Both the position numbers and the translations under genes were made by a program. A DNA stretch of 63,572 nt, filler included. It is 3 parts of 3 records of this genome, joined end to end, with 100 filler letters (N's around TTAATTAATTAA, not from the genome) between each part and the next. Parts side by side here need not be neighbours in the genome. Positions count along the whole stretch, not along the records: positions 16,613 to 35,431 come from SRR20825010_1428; positions 35,532 to 63,572 come from SRR20825010_1429; 1 more part is not named here. One strand, 5' to 3'. The notes beneath the pieces are model-generated. The model was not told where the DNA came from. It was given only the letters and a program-made list of their open reading frames with translations, and ran no database searches. This document shows, piece by piece, positions 29,201 through 39,081 of the stretch (the first letter of the stretch is position 1; the number at the start of each line of letters is the position of its first letter).

Positions 29201-29467
29201 ATCTCCATTATGATCTATGCATTTGTAGTTCATACAAGGTTGATCCCTGGTTTACGTGGTAAATGGATGTTCAATTTTCTAAGTGTAGTTGCTTTTGGAA
29301 GTATTATGATGACCTATTTTGGGGTAAATTTCTATCTCGTAGGATTGCACAGCTACGCCAGTGGGGCACAGGTTATTACCCCCACTTTTATTTATTACAC
29401 CGTTTTTGGGGTTATGTTGTTGGGAGCTGTAAGTTACTGGCGCAATAAAAAATACTACGCCAAGTAA
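26291..29467 (+). CDS. ccsA: Cytochrome c biogenesis system II fusion (CcsBA)
   Basis: WANESWGRYWGWDPKE (WWD domain), conserved His residues and a ResB-like N-terminus. Confidence 0.95.
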   Translation: MIELLKKIFFSTRLTAVLFIVFATAMAFGTFIESWYSTETARIWIYNTTWFEAIMVFFVINFVGNIARYNLLRKEKWAVLILHLSWILIILGAFVTRYISFEGMMPIREGNTENVFYSDKTYLTVYVDGEIDNEPKRKILEDDILVTSEAIKSNLPWNSDFNGQPFTISYVGFIDGAKEGLVEDSNGKEYLKIVEAGDGQRHEHYLESGEVSSIHNVLFSLNKMTEGAINIIESDGNYQIKSPFEGQFMRMADQLQGELLKDSLQTLQLRSLYTTAGMQFVIPEPVIKGSYGVIAIPENEKTENDLDALIVDISSNGETVRKKLLGAKGMANFSGEFELGGLSFNMSYGSKVYTLPFGIKLNDFIAEKHPGTEKSYASFMSKVTIEDERPFDYDIYMNHILDHKGYRFFQASFHPDEKGTVLSVNHDFWGTWITYIGYFLLYAGLMGIMFFGKTRFKSLGASLEKLKNKRSKLAVLFILGSSLNMLAQENVEEDGHTHNNMPTPQQIDSLLHVITPSKEHAAKFSELVVQDAGGRMKPINTFSSELLRKLSLKDKYTDFNSDQVFLSMMLNPAAWYNAEFIALDKKGDNDSIRKILGVEHGRKYIKATDFFNEKGEYKLTPYLQEAYATNTPNQFQKDFKALDERLVLLDQALGGKIVKIFPLLNDENNKWISAVEYRAGQFQVSDSLYANFIKNAVPFYLMSLEKAVRNGDYSEADKLLAAFKKNQENHGSEVLPSENKIKAEIFYNKADIYNKLYKYYALVGLLMFVLLVFQIIKDRKALRFSIASIKVLIYLFFILHTLGLIMRWYISGHAPWSDAYESILYVSWATLGMGLLFSKKSDMTVAAATFVTAMLLWIAHQSWVDPSIANLVPVLDSYWLMIHVAVIVGSYGPLTVGMILGVVSLLLIIMTNNKNKEKMDLNIKELTIINELSLTVGLVMLTIGNFLGGQWANESWGRYWGWDPKETWALISIMIYAFVVHTRLIPGLRGKWMFNFLSVVAFGSIMMTYFGVNFYLVGLHSYASGAQVITPTFIYYTVFGVMLLGAVSYWRNKKYYAK

Positions 29468-29624
29468 TTTTGATATAGTGCAAAATTTATGCAATTTTGT
29501 ACTATTATGAAGTAAAGGAATTATGTTTTTTGTAGACATCATAGTAGGAAGGTTAAGAATTCATGTTTTGAATTCTTAACTATTGATGGTGTTTATTTTC
29601 TTCGTATAACATAATTCTTTACAC

Positions 29625-31034
29625 ATGCCGGATACAAACAAACTTACTCCAGCTAGATTATATGAGTATTTTATTATTGCCTTAACGGGCAAGGACTCTG
29701 ATTTTACCACTGGGAGCATCAGAAAGGCCATATTTATGCTTTCCATTCCTATGGTATTGGAAATGCTGATGGAATCTATTTTTGCCTTGGTGGATATTGC
29801 ATTTGTATCCAGGGTTAGTGTCAATGCGGTGGCCACAATAGGACTCACAGAATCGGTGATTACATTGATTTATGCAATAGCCATTGGCTTAAGTATGGCC
29901 GCAACGGCAGTTGTAGCCAGAAGGGTTGGTGAAAAAAATTTACAGGGAGCGAGGGAATCGGCAGTACAGGTAATCCTTTTGGGGATAACTGTGGCCATTA
30001 TCACTGGAATAATTGGGGCTATATACTCCAAGGAAATCCTTGGTTTAATGGGTGGAAGTATTGAACTTATTCAAGAGGGCCATGGATACACCCGGCTGAT
30101 GATCGGAGGAAATATCACTATTTTACTACTTTTCCTAATAAATGCAATTTTCAGAGGAGCGGGGGATGCCTCGGTGGCGATGTGGATATTGGTTCTGTCT
30201 AACGGTCTCAATATTATTCTTGATCCAATCTTTATTTTTGGATGGGGGCCTATACCCGAATATGGGGTTATGGGCGCAGCAATAGCAACCAACATTGGAA
30301 GGGGAACTGCAGTCTTGTTTCAACTGATAATTTTGTTCTATGGATGGAGCAAGATCAAAATTGGTATTTCCGATATCGTAATCCGATTTAAGGTGATGAT
30401 GAACATCATTAAAGTTTCTGCTGGTGGCATTGCACAGTTCTTGATCGGTACGTCCAGTTGGATATTTTTAATGAGGATTATGTCCGAATTTGGGAGTGAA
30501 GTTTTGGCCGGTTATACCATTGCCATAAGGGTAATAATGTTTTCATTAATGCCTTCCTGGGGAATGAGCAATGCGGCAGCTACTTTAGTTGGCCAAAATT
30601 TGGGTGCCAACAAACCGGATAGGGCAGAAGCATCTGTTTGGAAAACAGGCAAGTATAATGCCATATTTATGTTTTCAATTTCAATAATATATTTATGCTT
30701 TGCAGAAAAAATTATTATGCTCTTTAATACCACTCCGCAAGTTGTTGAATATGGCACTTTATGCTTACAGATTATTGCGGCAGGTTATGTATTCTATGCG
30801 TACGGAATGGTTTTGACCCAGGCATTTAACGGAGCGGGAGATACAAGGACCCCTACTAAAATTAACTTTTTAATTTTTTGGGTATTACAGCTTCCCTTTG
30901 CATATGTTATGGCTATTACATTTAAGTTTGGAGCGGTTGGGGTATTTTTGGCCATTTCAATAGCTGAGATTTTGCTTACCGTATTAAGCTACGTACTCTT
31001 TAAAAAGGGTAAATGGAAAGAAATTAAGGTATAA
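29625..31034 (+). CDS. MATE family efflux transporter
   Basis: About 12 TMs; NIILDPIFI, GAAIAT and GQNLGA motifs. Confidence 0.93.
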   Translation: MPDTNKLTPARLYEYFIIALTGKDSDFTTGSIRKAIFMLSIPMVLEMLMESIFALVDIAFVSRVSVNAVATIGLTESVITLIYAIAIGLSMAATAVVARRVGEKNLQGARESAVQVILLGITVAIITGIIGAIYSKEILGLMGGSIELIQEGHGYTRLMIGGNITILLLFLINAIFRGAGDASVAMWILVLSNGLNIILDPIFIFGWGPIPEYGVMGAAIATNIGRGTAVLFQLIILFYGWSKIKIGISDIVIRFKVMMNIIKVSAGGIAQFLIGTSSWIFLMRIMSEFGSEVLAGYTIAIRVIMFSLMPSWGMSNAAATLVGQNLGANKPDRAEASVWKTGKYNAIFMFSISIIYLCFAEKIIMLFNTTPQVVEYGTLCLQIIAAGYVFYAYGMVLTQAFNGAGDTRTPTKINFLIFWVLQLPFAYVMAITFKFGAVGVFLAISIAEILLTVLSYVLFKKGKWKEIKV

Positions 31035-31086
31035 GCTATTTTTGTAACTTTATGCACCATTATCTTAATCAATTTAAACAGAGAGA

Positions 31087-32259
31087 ATGAAACAGCAGAA
31101 TAAAGGCCTTAATACCATTTGTACCCATGTTGGGCAGTTAGAGGACAAGGAATTCAAAGGGGCCATTTCGCCATTGTATATGGGAACAGCCTATGCCTTT
31201 GAAGACATCGATGTTAAGCGTTACCCACGATATTTTAACACTCCCAACCAAGTGGCCCTGGCCAAAAAGATAGCAGCCTTGGAAACTGCCGAGGCAGCGT
31301 TGATTTTTGGAAGCGGTATGGCCGCCATCAGCACCTCCCTCTTGGCATTTTTAAAGGCTGGCGACCATATAGTGATACAAAAGATTATTTATGGCGGCAC
31401 CTATAATCTAGTGGTGGAAGAATTTGAAAAGTATGGCATATCCTACTCCTTTACGGATGGTTTTGGAGCTGAGGATTTTGAAGCCAAAATTCAAAAAAAT
31501 ACCAAAGTTGTCTATATTGAGACTCCATCAAATCCATTGTTGGACATAACCGACTTAAAGGCAGTTGCCGATATTTCTAAAAAACATGGTCTTGTGTCCA
31601 TGATAGACAATACTTTTGCAAGCCCGGTTAATCAAAATCCTATCGATTTTGGAATAGACGTGGTAATACATAGCGCTACAAAATATATGGGCGGACATTC
31701 CGATATTTGTGCGGGTGCCGTAGCTTCTACCGAAGTTAATGTTAAGCGAATTTTTCAACTGGCTAAAAATTTTGGCGGTAGTCTTAGCGATTACACTGTT
31801 TGGTTATTGGAAAGGAGTATTAAAACCATGGGAATTAGGGTTAGGGCCCAAAATGTAAATGCCCAACATATGGCGGAATACCTATATGCCCACAAAGACA
31901 TATCTGCCGTATATTATCCTGGCCTGCCTTCACATCCGGGCCACGACATCGCAAAAAAGCAGATGAAGGGCTTCGGAGGCATGTTGTCATTTGAATTAAA
32001 TGCTGATTTCAATGCTTCCAAATTTCAAAAGTCCTTAAAATTGATAAAACCTGCTATGAGTTTGGCGGGGGTGGAAAGTACCGTGCTTTCTCCAACCTTA
32101 ACGTCACATTCCCTTTTGAGTCCCGAAGAGCGAAAGAGGCAAGGTATTGCTGATGGTTTAATACGCTTTTCTGTTGGAATAGAAGATACCGAGGATTTAA
32201 TTGCAGATATTGAACAAGCCTTGGAAAAGGTGAGAAAGGAAAAGGAAATGGCGGTTTAG
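31087..32259 (+). CDS. PLP-dependent Cys/Met metabolism enzyme (cystathionine lyase/synthase family)
   Basis: SGMAAI, ETPSNP, DNTFA and HSATKYMGGHSD motifs. Confidence 0.92.
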   Translation: MKQQNKGLNTICTHVGQLEDKEFKGAISPLYMGTAYAFEDIDVKRYPRYFNTPNQVALAKKIAALETAEAALIFGSGMAAISTSLLAFLKAGDHIVIQKIIYGGTYNLVVEEFEKYGISYSFTDGFGAEDFEAKIQKNTKVVYIETPSNPLLDITDLKAVADISKKHGLVSMIDNTFASPVNQNPIDFGIDVVIHSATKYMGGHSDICAGAVASTEVNVKRIFQLAKNFGGSLSDYTVWLLERSIKTMGIRVRAQNVNAQHMAEYLYAHKDISAVYYPGLPSHPGHDIAKKQMKGFGGMLSFELNADFNASKFQKSLKLIKPAMSLAGVESTVLSPTLTSHSLLSPEERKRQGIADGLIRFSVGIEDTEDLIADIEQALEKVRKEKEMAV

Positions 32260-32364
32260 ATTCACGTTCGCCCAAATTATCGGATATATAGTATACTAGT
32301 AATAAATTTGAAGATTTAGAAAGATTATTTGAAAGCTTTCAAGAACAAAGTAGACATAGATTAA

Positions 32365-33087
32365 ATGAAATTAGACATATTAGTATTTGGTGCGCATCCT
32401 GATGATGCCGAATTGGGGGCAGGGGCAACAATAGCAAAAGAAGTGGCCAATGGCAAAAAAGTAGGTATCGTGGATTTGACCCGTGGGGAATTAGGTACCC
32501 GTGGCTCGGCCGAAATAAGGGATAAGGAAGCTGCAGCTGCTGCTGATATTTTAGGGGTAGCTGTCCGTGAGAATCTAGAATTTGCAGATGGTTTTTTTAC
32601 AAATGACAAGAAGCATCAGTTGGAAGTAATAAAAATGATCAGGAAATATAAACCGGAAACGGTATTGTGCAATGCCGTTGAAGATCGGCATATTGATCAT
32701 GCCAAGGGCAGCAAACTGGTAAGTGATGCCTGCTTTCTAAGTGGACTTGTAAAAATAGATACTAAGATAGATGGGGACGAGCAGTGGCAAGAAGCCTGGA
32801 GACCAAAATTGGTGCATCATTACATTCAATGGAAAAACCTTGAACCGGATTTTGTGGTGGATGTATCAGAGTTTATAGATGTAAAGGTTAAAGCCATAAT
32901 GGCATATAGTTCCCAATTTTACGACCCCAAAAGTAAGGAGCCAGAAACACCCATAAGTAGCAAAAACTTTATAGATAGTGTTGTTTATAGGTCCAGGGAC
33001 CTTGGTAGGATGGTAGGCATAGCCTATGGGGAAGGTTTTACTACCGAAAGATTCGTTGCTGTTAAGAGCCTTGATAGCCTAATTTAG
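32365..33087 (+). CDS. bshB1: Bacillithiol biosynthesis deacetylase
   Basis: AHPDDAE, DLTRGELGTRG, RHIDH and AYSSQF motifs. Confidence 0.88.
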   Translation: MKLDILVFGAHPDDAELGAGATIAKEVANGKKVGIVDLTRGELGTRGSAEIRDKEAAAAADILGVAVRENLEFADGFFTNDKKHQLEVIKMIRKYKPETVLCNAVEDRHIDHAKGSKLVSDACFLSGLVKIDTKIDGDEQWQEAWRPKLVHHYIQWKNLEPDFVVDVSEFIDVKVKAIMAYSSQFYDPKSKEPETPISSKNFIDSVVYRSRDLGRMVGIAYGEGFTTERFVAVKSLDSLI

Positions 33088-35168
33088 GCCGATTTTTGGA
33101 ACTGTTTTTTTCCCTTGGGAACGGTGAAATAGAAGGTGGATCCTTCATTTATTTCACTCTTGGCCCATAGGGTACCGCCATTTTTTATGACCATTTCACT
33201 GCAAAGAGATAGACCCAGTCCTGTTCCCTTTTCATTATTGGTACCATAGGTGGTAATGTTGGTATTTTTTGATAATATTTGTTCCTGAACGTACTCGTCC
33301 ATACCAATCCCATTGTCCTTTACAAATACTTCCAGATAATCCGGCCTATCTACATAGCCAATGGTAATATGTCCGTTGTTTGGGGTAAACTTTAGGGCAT
33401 TGCTCAAAAGATTTCTAATTACAATATCCATTTGATTTTCATCGGACCAAATTATAGCCTTATTGACTATTAAATTGTCCATGGTAATCATTTTGGTAAA
33501 TGCCAATTCACTTAGTAAATTAATATTGTTCTCTACCAGAGCGTTTAGATCTACATTGGTAGGGTCGGTAGTGGCTTCCCTCATTTGCGATTGACCCCAA
33601 GTAAGAAGGTTGTTCAAGGTAAAGGAAATACTATTTACGTCGTTCTTTAATTTGGGAATAAATTCTTTGAACTCCGATTCCTTTATATCACCGCTGTTCA
33701 GTAATTTCAATAGTCCCTCCAAAGCCCCAATAGGCCCGCGAAGGTCATGTGCAATAATAGAAAAAAGTTTGTTTTTGGTGTTATTGGTCTCCCAAAGCTC
33801 CGCCTCCCTAAGTTCTAGATCCTCCTTTTGAACTTCGAGTTCCCTGTTCAATTTTTTTAAGATTTTCTGTCCCCTAACAACTAAAAATGCTATGGCGCCC
33901 ATAATGATAACAAATAGTATGGCAATATAGATATAGAGGCGCTGTTTTGCCAGGGCTTTTTCATTTTTTAGTACCAGTGCTTCCTGCTGATTTTTATGGC
34001 TGATTTCTGTTTTCAACATCGTCATACTCATCTTGTTCTCATCCCTGGACAAGGTATCCGATATTTGCCTAAAAATTTCATGATATTTAAGAGCCGCAGC
34101 ATAGTTCTCTTGATTCTTATATACTTTGTAAAGAGTGTTGGAGCATTTCTTAATACCCTCCATAGATTTAATAGTAGAGGATATTTCATAGGCCATCATC
34201 GCATAATTTTGTGAAATACTGTCCTTTTCCAATCCAAAATTGGCTTCTGCCATCCCATTGTACAGATCTATTATTCCGCGGTCATCCTGAAGATTTTCAT
34301 GCAATTCTGCACTTTTATGGTACCAATATAATGCTCTGGTAAATTGCTTTTGTTTTAGGTATACCTTGCCTTTAACCTCATAAGCATAGGCAAGCCAGTC
34401 CCATACATCACCTTGTTCAAAAATTTTGATACTGCGGTTTATTTTAAACAGGGCATTTTGGAAATCTTCTGTTTCAGCATATATGGAAGCCACATTACTC
34501 ATGGTCTGGGCCGAGTTTATATCATTGCCTATTTTGGAGTTTATTTTTTCAACTTTTTCGTAAAAATATAGTGCCTGATCATAATCTTTTTGTGTAGCGT
34601 ATAAGTCGGCCACATTTTCATATAGGATGGACTCCATTTTTCTGTTGCCATAGGCTTGGGCCAGTTTAATATTTTCCAAATACCCTAATAAGGCCGTTGA
34701 ATAATTGCCGTTATAGACGTTTTCATTAGCCAATTCATTACCAATTCTCAGGGATAAGTCATGATTATTATCCTTTTTGGCATTTACCAATGCCATTTCA
34801 TAACTGTCTATTGCTTTGGAATGCTCACCTATATCCGAATAATAGGTTCCTAGGTTGAACAAAGATTCACTTACACCTTTTTTATAATCTATGTTGCTAC
34901 TTAATTTCTGGGCTTCGCTGGAAAGCAATAAAAGACTGTCTGGATTTAAAAATCTAAGCTTGGAGCCTAGATCCATCAACAGTCCGATGTATGTGGTATC
35001 TTTATTAACTTGTTTCTTCGTACTTCGCAAAGTGGCGATTTTTTGTCTCAATTCTCCAACGGAAAGTTCCTGGGCGGAGTTGATTCCACAAGAAAAAAGG
35101 AAAATCAAGAACACAGCTAATTTTAGTTTAATCTTGCGTGAACTTATATTTAATGTGTTAAAAGACAT
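33084..35168 (-). CDS. TPR-repeat sensor histidine kinase
   Basis: TPR-like N-terminus, TM segment, AHDLRGP, NALKF and GTGLGL. Confidence 0.9.
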   Translation of the reverse strand: MSFNTLNISSRKIKLKLAVFLIFLFSCGINSAQELSVGELRQKIATLRSTKKQVNKDTTYIGLLMDLGSKLRFLNPDSLLLLSSEAQKLSSNIDYKKGVSESLFNLGTYYSDIGEHSKAIDSYEMALVNAKKDNNHDLSLRIGNELANENVYNGNYSTALLGYLENIKLAQAYGNRKMESILYENVADLYATQKDYDQALYFYEKVEKINSKIGNDINSAQTMSNVASIYAETEDFQNALFKINRSIKIFEQGDVWDWLAYAYEVKGKVYLKQKQFTRALYWYHKSAELHENLQDDRGIIDLYNGMAEANFGLEKDSISQNYAMMAYEISSTIKSMEGIKKCSNTLYKVYKNQENYAAALKYHEIFRQISDTLSRDENKMSMTMLKTEISHKNQQEALVLKNEKALAKQRLYIYIAILFVIIMGAIAFLVVRGQKILKKLNRELEVQKEDLELREAELWETNNTKNKLFSIIAHDLRGPIGALEGLLKLLNSGDIKESEFKEFIPKLKNDVNSISFTLNNLLTWGQSQMREATTDPTNVDLNALVENNINLLSELAFTKMITMDNLIVNKAIIWSDENQMDIVIRNLLSNALKFTPNNGHITIGYVDRPDYLEVFVKDNGIGMDEYVQEQILSKNTNITTYGTNNEKGTGLGLSLCSEMVIKNGGTLWAKSEINEGSTFYFTVPKGKKQFQKSA

Positions 35169-35382
35169 TTATCCTAATTTATCTGTTGATAAAAATATCT
35201 TTCCTTTAAAATATAGGCTAATTTATGTTGTGAAAGTGGGGTTTTTTGTGTGTTTCATCCAGTATTATGAGTATTTTGTCGATAAATAGGTTGCAAAAAT
35301 ATGGTATAATTCGCTATATGAGCATTTTATGAAATGATGTAAAATAATCTAAAATTTATTTTGAACGATAGCACTAAAGATT

Positions 35383-35390
35383 TATCTTTG
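35383..35390 (+). promoter_or_regulatory. Bacteroidota -7 promoter element for the tRNA
   Basis: TATCTTTG, with TTTG upstream near 35360. Confidence 0.6.
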
Positions 35391-35405
35391 CCACCGCTTA
35401 CAAAT

Positions 35406-35431
35406 GGTGGTTGTAGCTCAGCTGGTTAGAG
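35406..35431 (+). tRNA. 5' part of a tRNA, probably tRNA-His (truncated by contig end)
   Basis: GGTGGTTGTAGCTCAGCTGGTTAGAG: acceptor strand with an extra G-1 and D-arm; the anticodon is not visible. Confidence 0.75.
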
Positions 35432-35531
35432 NNNNNNNNNNNNNNNNNNNNNNNNNNNNNNNNNNNNNNNNNNNNTTAATTAATTAANNNNNNNNNNNNN
35501 NNNNNNNNNNNNNNNNNNNNNNNNNNNNNNN
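35432..35531. other. Artificial contig linker
   Basis: N44-TTAATTAATTAA-N44. Confidence 0.98.
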
Positions 35532-35774
35532 CTTCTCAAAATTGAGTTTCACTAATAAATAATCCTTGCCATTATCTGCAGATCAAATTAAGCGCATTAT
35601 TATTTTCAGCTGCTTTGTAATTTTCGTAACTTTAAGTATATCTGCCCTTTACAGAATTAGAAATTTAGAATTCAATTCTGATGTTGACAATGGACTGTGG
35701 AAAATAACAACTAGTTTCCCTAGCGTCCAAATAGTTTTATAGGAGTTTATTACAAATTTTACACCGCAATTATC

Positions 35775-36530
35775 ATGGCACCACCTTTCGTTCTTAGTAT
35801 CCTTATTGTATTGTTTTTATTGGCTGGAATACGAGTAGTCTTCGAATACAAAAGAGCATTAAAATTTAGATTTGGCAAGTACATAAAGACCTTACAACCT
35901 GGTTTTAGGTGGATTATCCCCATAGTGGAGACCATTCAGATTGTTGATATCCGTGTTATTACCATCAATATCATATCCCAAGAAGTAATGACAGAGGACA
36001 ATGTTCCCTGCAGTATTGACGGTGTGGTCTTCTTCAAGATAAACGATCCGGAAAAAGCCGTTTTGGAAGTGGAAGAATATCGCTTTGCTATTACCCAATT
36101 GGCCCAAGCGGCATTAAGGGATGTTTGTGGAAAGGTTGAACTGGATACCATTTTATCCAAACGTGAGGAAATGGGAAAGAACATCAAGGCCATTGTTGAA
36201 TTGGAGACCAAAGAATGGGGTATAGAAATTATAGATGTCAAAATTAAGGACATTCAATTACCTGAAAACATGAAGCGTATGATGGCCAACCAAGCAGAGG
36301 CCGAAAGGTCCAGAAGAGCCCGAATTATCTTGGCCCTTGCCGAGGAACAGGCCGCAGGTAAATTATTGGAAGCGGGTAAATTGATAGATCAGTCGCCTTC
36401 CGCTATAAAACTAAGGCTTTACCAAACCCTGTCCAATATAGCGGCAGAAAAAAATTCCACCATCCTATTCCCCTTCCCTGAAGAGGTTTTGCCCAGAAAC
36501 CCTGTGAAAAAACCCAAAAACAAAAAGTAG
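35775..36530 (+). CDS. SPFH/stomatin (band 7) family protein
   Basis: N-terminal TM, QAEAERSRRA and LRLYQTL. Confidence 0.92.
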   Translation: MAPPFVLSILIVLFLLAGIRVVFEYKRALKFRFGKYIKTLQPGFRWIIPIVETIQIVDIRVITINIISQEVMTEDNVPCSIDGVVFFKINDPEKAVLEVEEYRFAITQLAQAALRDVCGKVELDTILSKREEMGKNIKAIVELETKEWGIEIIDVKIKDIQLPENMKRMMANQAEAERSRRARIILALAEEQAAGKLLEAGKLIDQSPSAIKLRLYQTLSNIAAEKNSTILFPFPEEVLPRNPVKKPKNKK

Positions 36531-36590
36531 GTAAATCCCATTATTAAAATTGATCTTTCTTTATCTTTAGAAAAAGTTTGAATATTAAAA

Positions 36591-37154
36591 ATGGAAAAAC
36601 ATAGATGTGGCTGGTGCAAGGGCGATGCACTTTACGAAAAGTACCACGACGAGGAATGGGGAGTCCCCATAAAGGAAGATGACCTACTTTTCGAATTTTT
36701 GATTTTGGAAACATTCCAGGCCGGTTTAAGCTGGATTACCATCTTGCGAAAAAGGGAGAATTTTAGACAGGCATTTGATCATTTTGATTACAAAAAAATA
36801 GCTAAATACGGGGAACCGAAAATTGATTCCTTGTTACAGGATGCCGGAATTATTAGGAACAAGCTCAAAATAAGGGCCACTGTTACCAACGCCCAAGCTT
36901 ATATTGCCGTCCAAAAGGAATTTGGAAGTTTTAGTAATTATATCTGGGGATTTGTCAATGGCCAGCCAATTAAGAACAATCATAAGGATTATAAAAAAGC
37001 CCCGGCGCATACCCCATTGTCCGACACTATAAGTAAAGATTTAAAAAAGAGGGGGTTCAAATTTGTGGGAAGCACCGTTATTTATGCCCACATGCAGGCG
37101 ACCGGCATGGTAAACGACCACGAAATAAATTGTTTTAGATATAATGAAGTATAG
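36591..37154 (+). CDS. tag: DNA-3-methyladenine glycosylase I
   Basis: RCGW, YHDEEWG, QAGLSW, GFKFVG and NDH motifs. Confidence 0.96.
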   Translation: MEKHRCGWCKGDALYEKYHDEEWGVPIKEDDLLFEFLILETFQAGLSWITILRKRENFRQAFDHFDYKKIAKYGEPKIDSLLQDAGIIRNKLKIRATVTNAQAYIAVQKEFGSFSNYIWGFVNGQPIKNNHKDYKKAPAHTPLSDTISKDLKKRGFKFVGSTVIYAHMQATGMVNDHEINCFRYNEV

Positions 37155-37710
37155 CTATATCACCTTAATGCTATTATTGATGCTTGGCTTAAAATGTTTT
37201 TCCCAGACAAAATTTGAACGGGAGCATCGTATTAAAAAATCGCAATTTCCTTCTATTAACATGGACAGCCTGCCCTTGGAGAACACTAAATACATAAGGT
37301 ACTACCGAGAAGTGGACACCTCCAAAATTACCTATACCCTAAAATTTAAGAAAGGAAAAATGCAGTACCATATAGATTACAACGAAAAGGGAGCCCTTCA
37401 AAATACAGGATTCATGGTAAAGGAAGTTGATATACCAACAGATACCTATGCCAGGATACGTTCTGAATTGAATTCAAATTTCCAAAAAACAAAAATTAAA
37501 TATATCCAACAATGCTATCTAGGATCCTCTGAGAATGTTCTAAAAAACACCTTTCAAAATCTCATATTGCCCAGTAATACCTACAAAGTAATGGTCAGGG
37601 GCAATAAAACGGAAAAAAGGGAAGACTATATTGCAATTTTTGATGCGGAGGGAAATTTGGAGCATATGGCGAGGGCCTTACCACCCAATTATGATCATGT
37701 GCTTTATTAA
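37144..37710 (+). CDS. Secreted hypothetical protein, possibly PepSY-like repeats
   Basis: Signal peptide; two similar segments ending YNEKGAL and FDAEGNL. Confidence 0.55.
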   Translation: MKYSYITLMLLLMLGLKCFSQTKFEREHRIKKSQFPSINMDSLPLENTKYIRYYREVDTSKITYTLKFKKGKMQYHIDYNEKGALQNTGFMVKEVDIPTDTYARIRSELNSNFQKTKIKYIQQCYLGSSENVLKNTFQNLILPSNTYKVMVRGNKTEKREDYIAIFDAEGNLEHMARALPPNYDHVLY

Positions 37711-37736
37711 AAGGGCAAGGAATTAAATGTAACACC

Positions 37737-38372
37737 CTAGCCTTTAAGTATTTTGATAAATTGCTTCCTTGGTATTTCTTCAGCTCCAAGGCTTTCCAAA
37801 TGTGCCGTGTACACCTGGCAATCGATAAGTTTATATTCCTTTTGCTGTAACTCCTTGGCCAGACTTATAAATGCGAATTTGGAGGCATTACTCTTTCTAC
37901 TGAACATACTTTCTCCACAAAATACATTTCCAAGGTCTATGCCATAAAGGCCTCCTACCAAAATATCGTTTTCCCATACTTCAATGGACTTGGCAATTCC
38001 CATTTGATGCAGTTTTAAATAGGCACTTTTCATTTCAGGGGTAATCCATGTTCCTGCCTGCCCTTTGCGCTTTATGGCAGAACATGCATTAACAACCTCT
38101 TCAAATTGTGTATTCCAAGTAATCCTAAACTTATTGGATTTTATAACTTGGGCCATACTTTTCGAAATCTTTATTTTATTCGGAAATAGCACCATTCGTG
38201 GATCAGGACTCCACCAAAGTATCATGGAATCCTCATTAAACCAAGGAAATATTCCATTCTTATAGGCTAATAACAATCGCTCCGGGGACAAATCGCCCCC
38301 CACGGCCAATAATCCGTCATCATCGGCTTTTTCAACATCCGGAAACAGTAAACGATGATTAAGGAGAAACAT
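37737..38372 (-). CDS. aat: Leucyl/phenylalanyl-tRNA--protein transferase
   Basis: GGDLS, GIFPW, WWSPDPR and FCGESMFS motifs. Confidence 0.96.
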   Translation of the reverse strand: MFLLNHRLLFPDVEKADDDGLLAVGGDLSPERLLLAYKNGIFPWFNEDSMILWWSPDPRMVLFPNKIKISKSMAQVIKSNKFRITWNTQFEEVVNACSAIKRKGQAGTWITPEMKSAYLKLHQMGIAKSIEVWENDILVGGLYGIDLGNVFCGESMFSRKSNASKFAFISLAKELQQKEYKLIDCQVYTAHLESLGAEEIPRKQFIKILKG

Positions 38373-38402
38373 TTTGAAGTTGATTTATGACCCTAAAATT
38401 AA

Positions 38403-38437
38403 GAAAACCTATCCGGTTACAAACTGAATAGGTTTTC
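38403..38437 (-). terminator. Stem-loop after the DUF3127 gene
   Basis: GAAAACCTAT...ATAGGTTTTC. Confidence 0.55.
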
Positions 38438-38505
38438 CTTTTTTTGAAATTACACCCCCTTTATAAACGGGTATAATTCTTCTCCATAAAACTTTCGACC
38501 ACTAA

Positions 38506-38883
38506 TTAAAATGGCAAATCGTCATGATCATCATCATTGATATTGTCCGCTGGTTCAAAAGCATCCATCGGAGGTACCGGAGGCATTCCTGGTGCATTTG
38601 CTTCCTCCTGTAAACTTTCTATTCTCCAACCTTGTATGGAATTAAAATATTTGGTTTCCCCTTGTGGATTCACCCATTCCCTACCTCTTAGGTTAATACT
38701 TATTTTGACAGCCTGACCAACTCCAAAATTATTTAAAAGGTCGCATTTATCCTGTACAAATTCAACCATAATATGTTGTGGATACTGCTCCTCCGTAGTC
38801 ACCACTACTTCCCTCTTTCTAAATCCGTTGCTCCCAAATGTTTGGGTCTCACCTACCATTTTAATTTTCCCTTGTACTTCCAT
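38506..38883 (-). CDS. DUF3127 SSB-like OB-fold protein
   Basis: EQYPQ, NLRGREW and an acidic DDLPF tail. Confidence 0.85.
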   Translation of the reverse strand: MEVQGKIKMVGETQTFGSNGFRKREVVVTTEEQYPQHIMVEFVQDKCDLLNNFGVGQAVKISINLRGREWVNPQGETKYFNSIQGWRIESLQEEANAPGMPPVPPMDAFEPADNINDDDHDDLPF

Positions 38884-39081
38884 TTTGCTATTTATATAAT
38901 TCTACTTTGTATTCTTTTTTTGTCAATATTAAGCATTTTGATCAGGAACACCTAAAACAAAATATCCCATCTCGATTTTTAGGGGTTCAGCCCTTAATAT
39001 AATGTTGGCATCATTCTGTCTAATTCCCTATCCCTATTACGATCCAGAGAAATCAATCCTATAGACCTCATGATAATTCTG

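Noticed and set aside
32365-33087. Bacillithiol gene in a Gram-negative organism
   Set aside because: bsh genes are known to be common in Bacteroidota.
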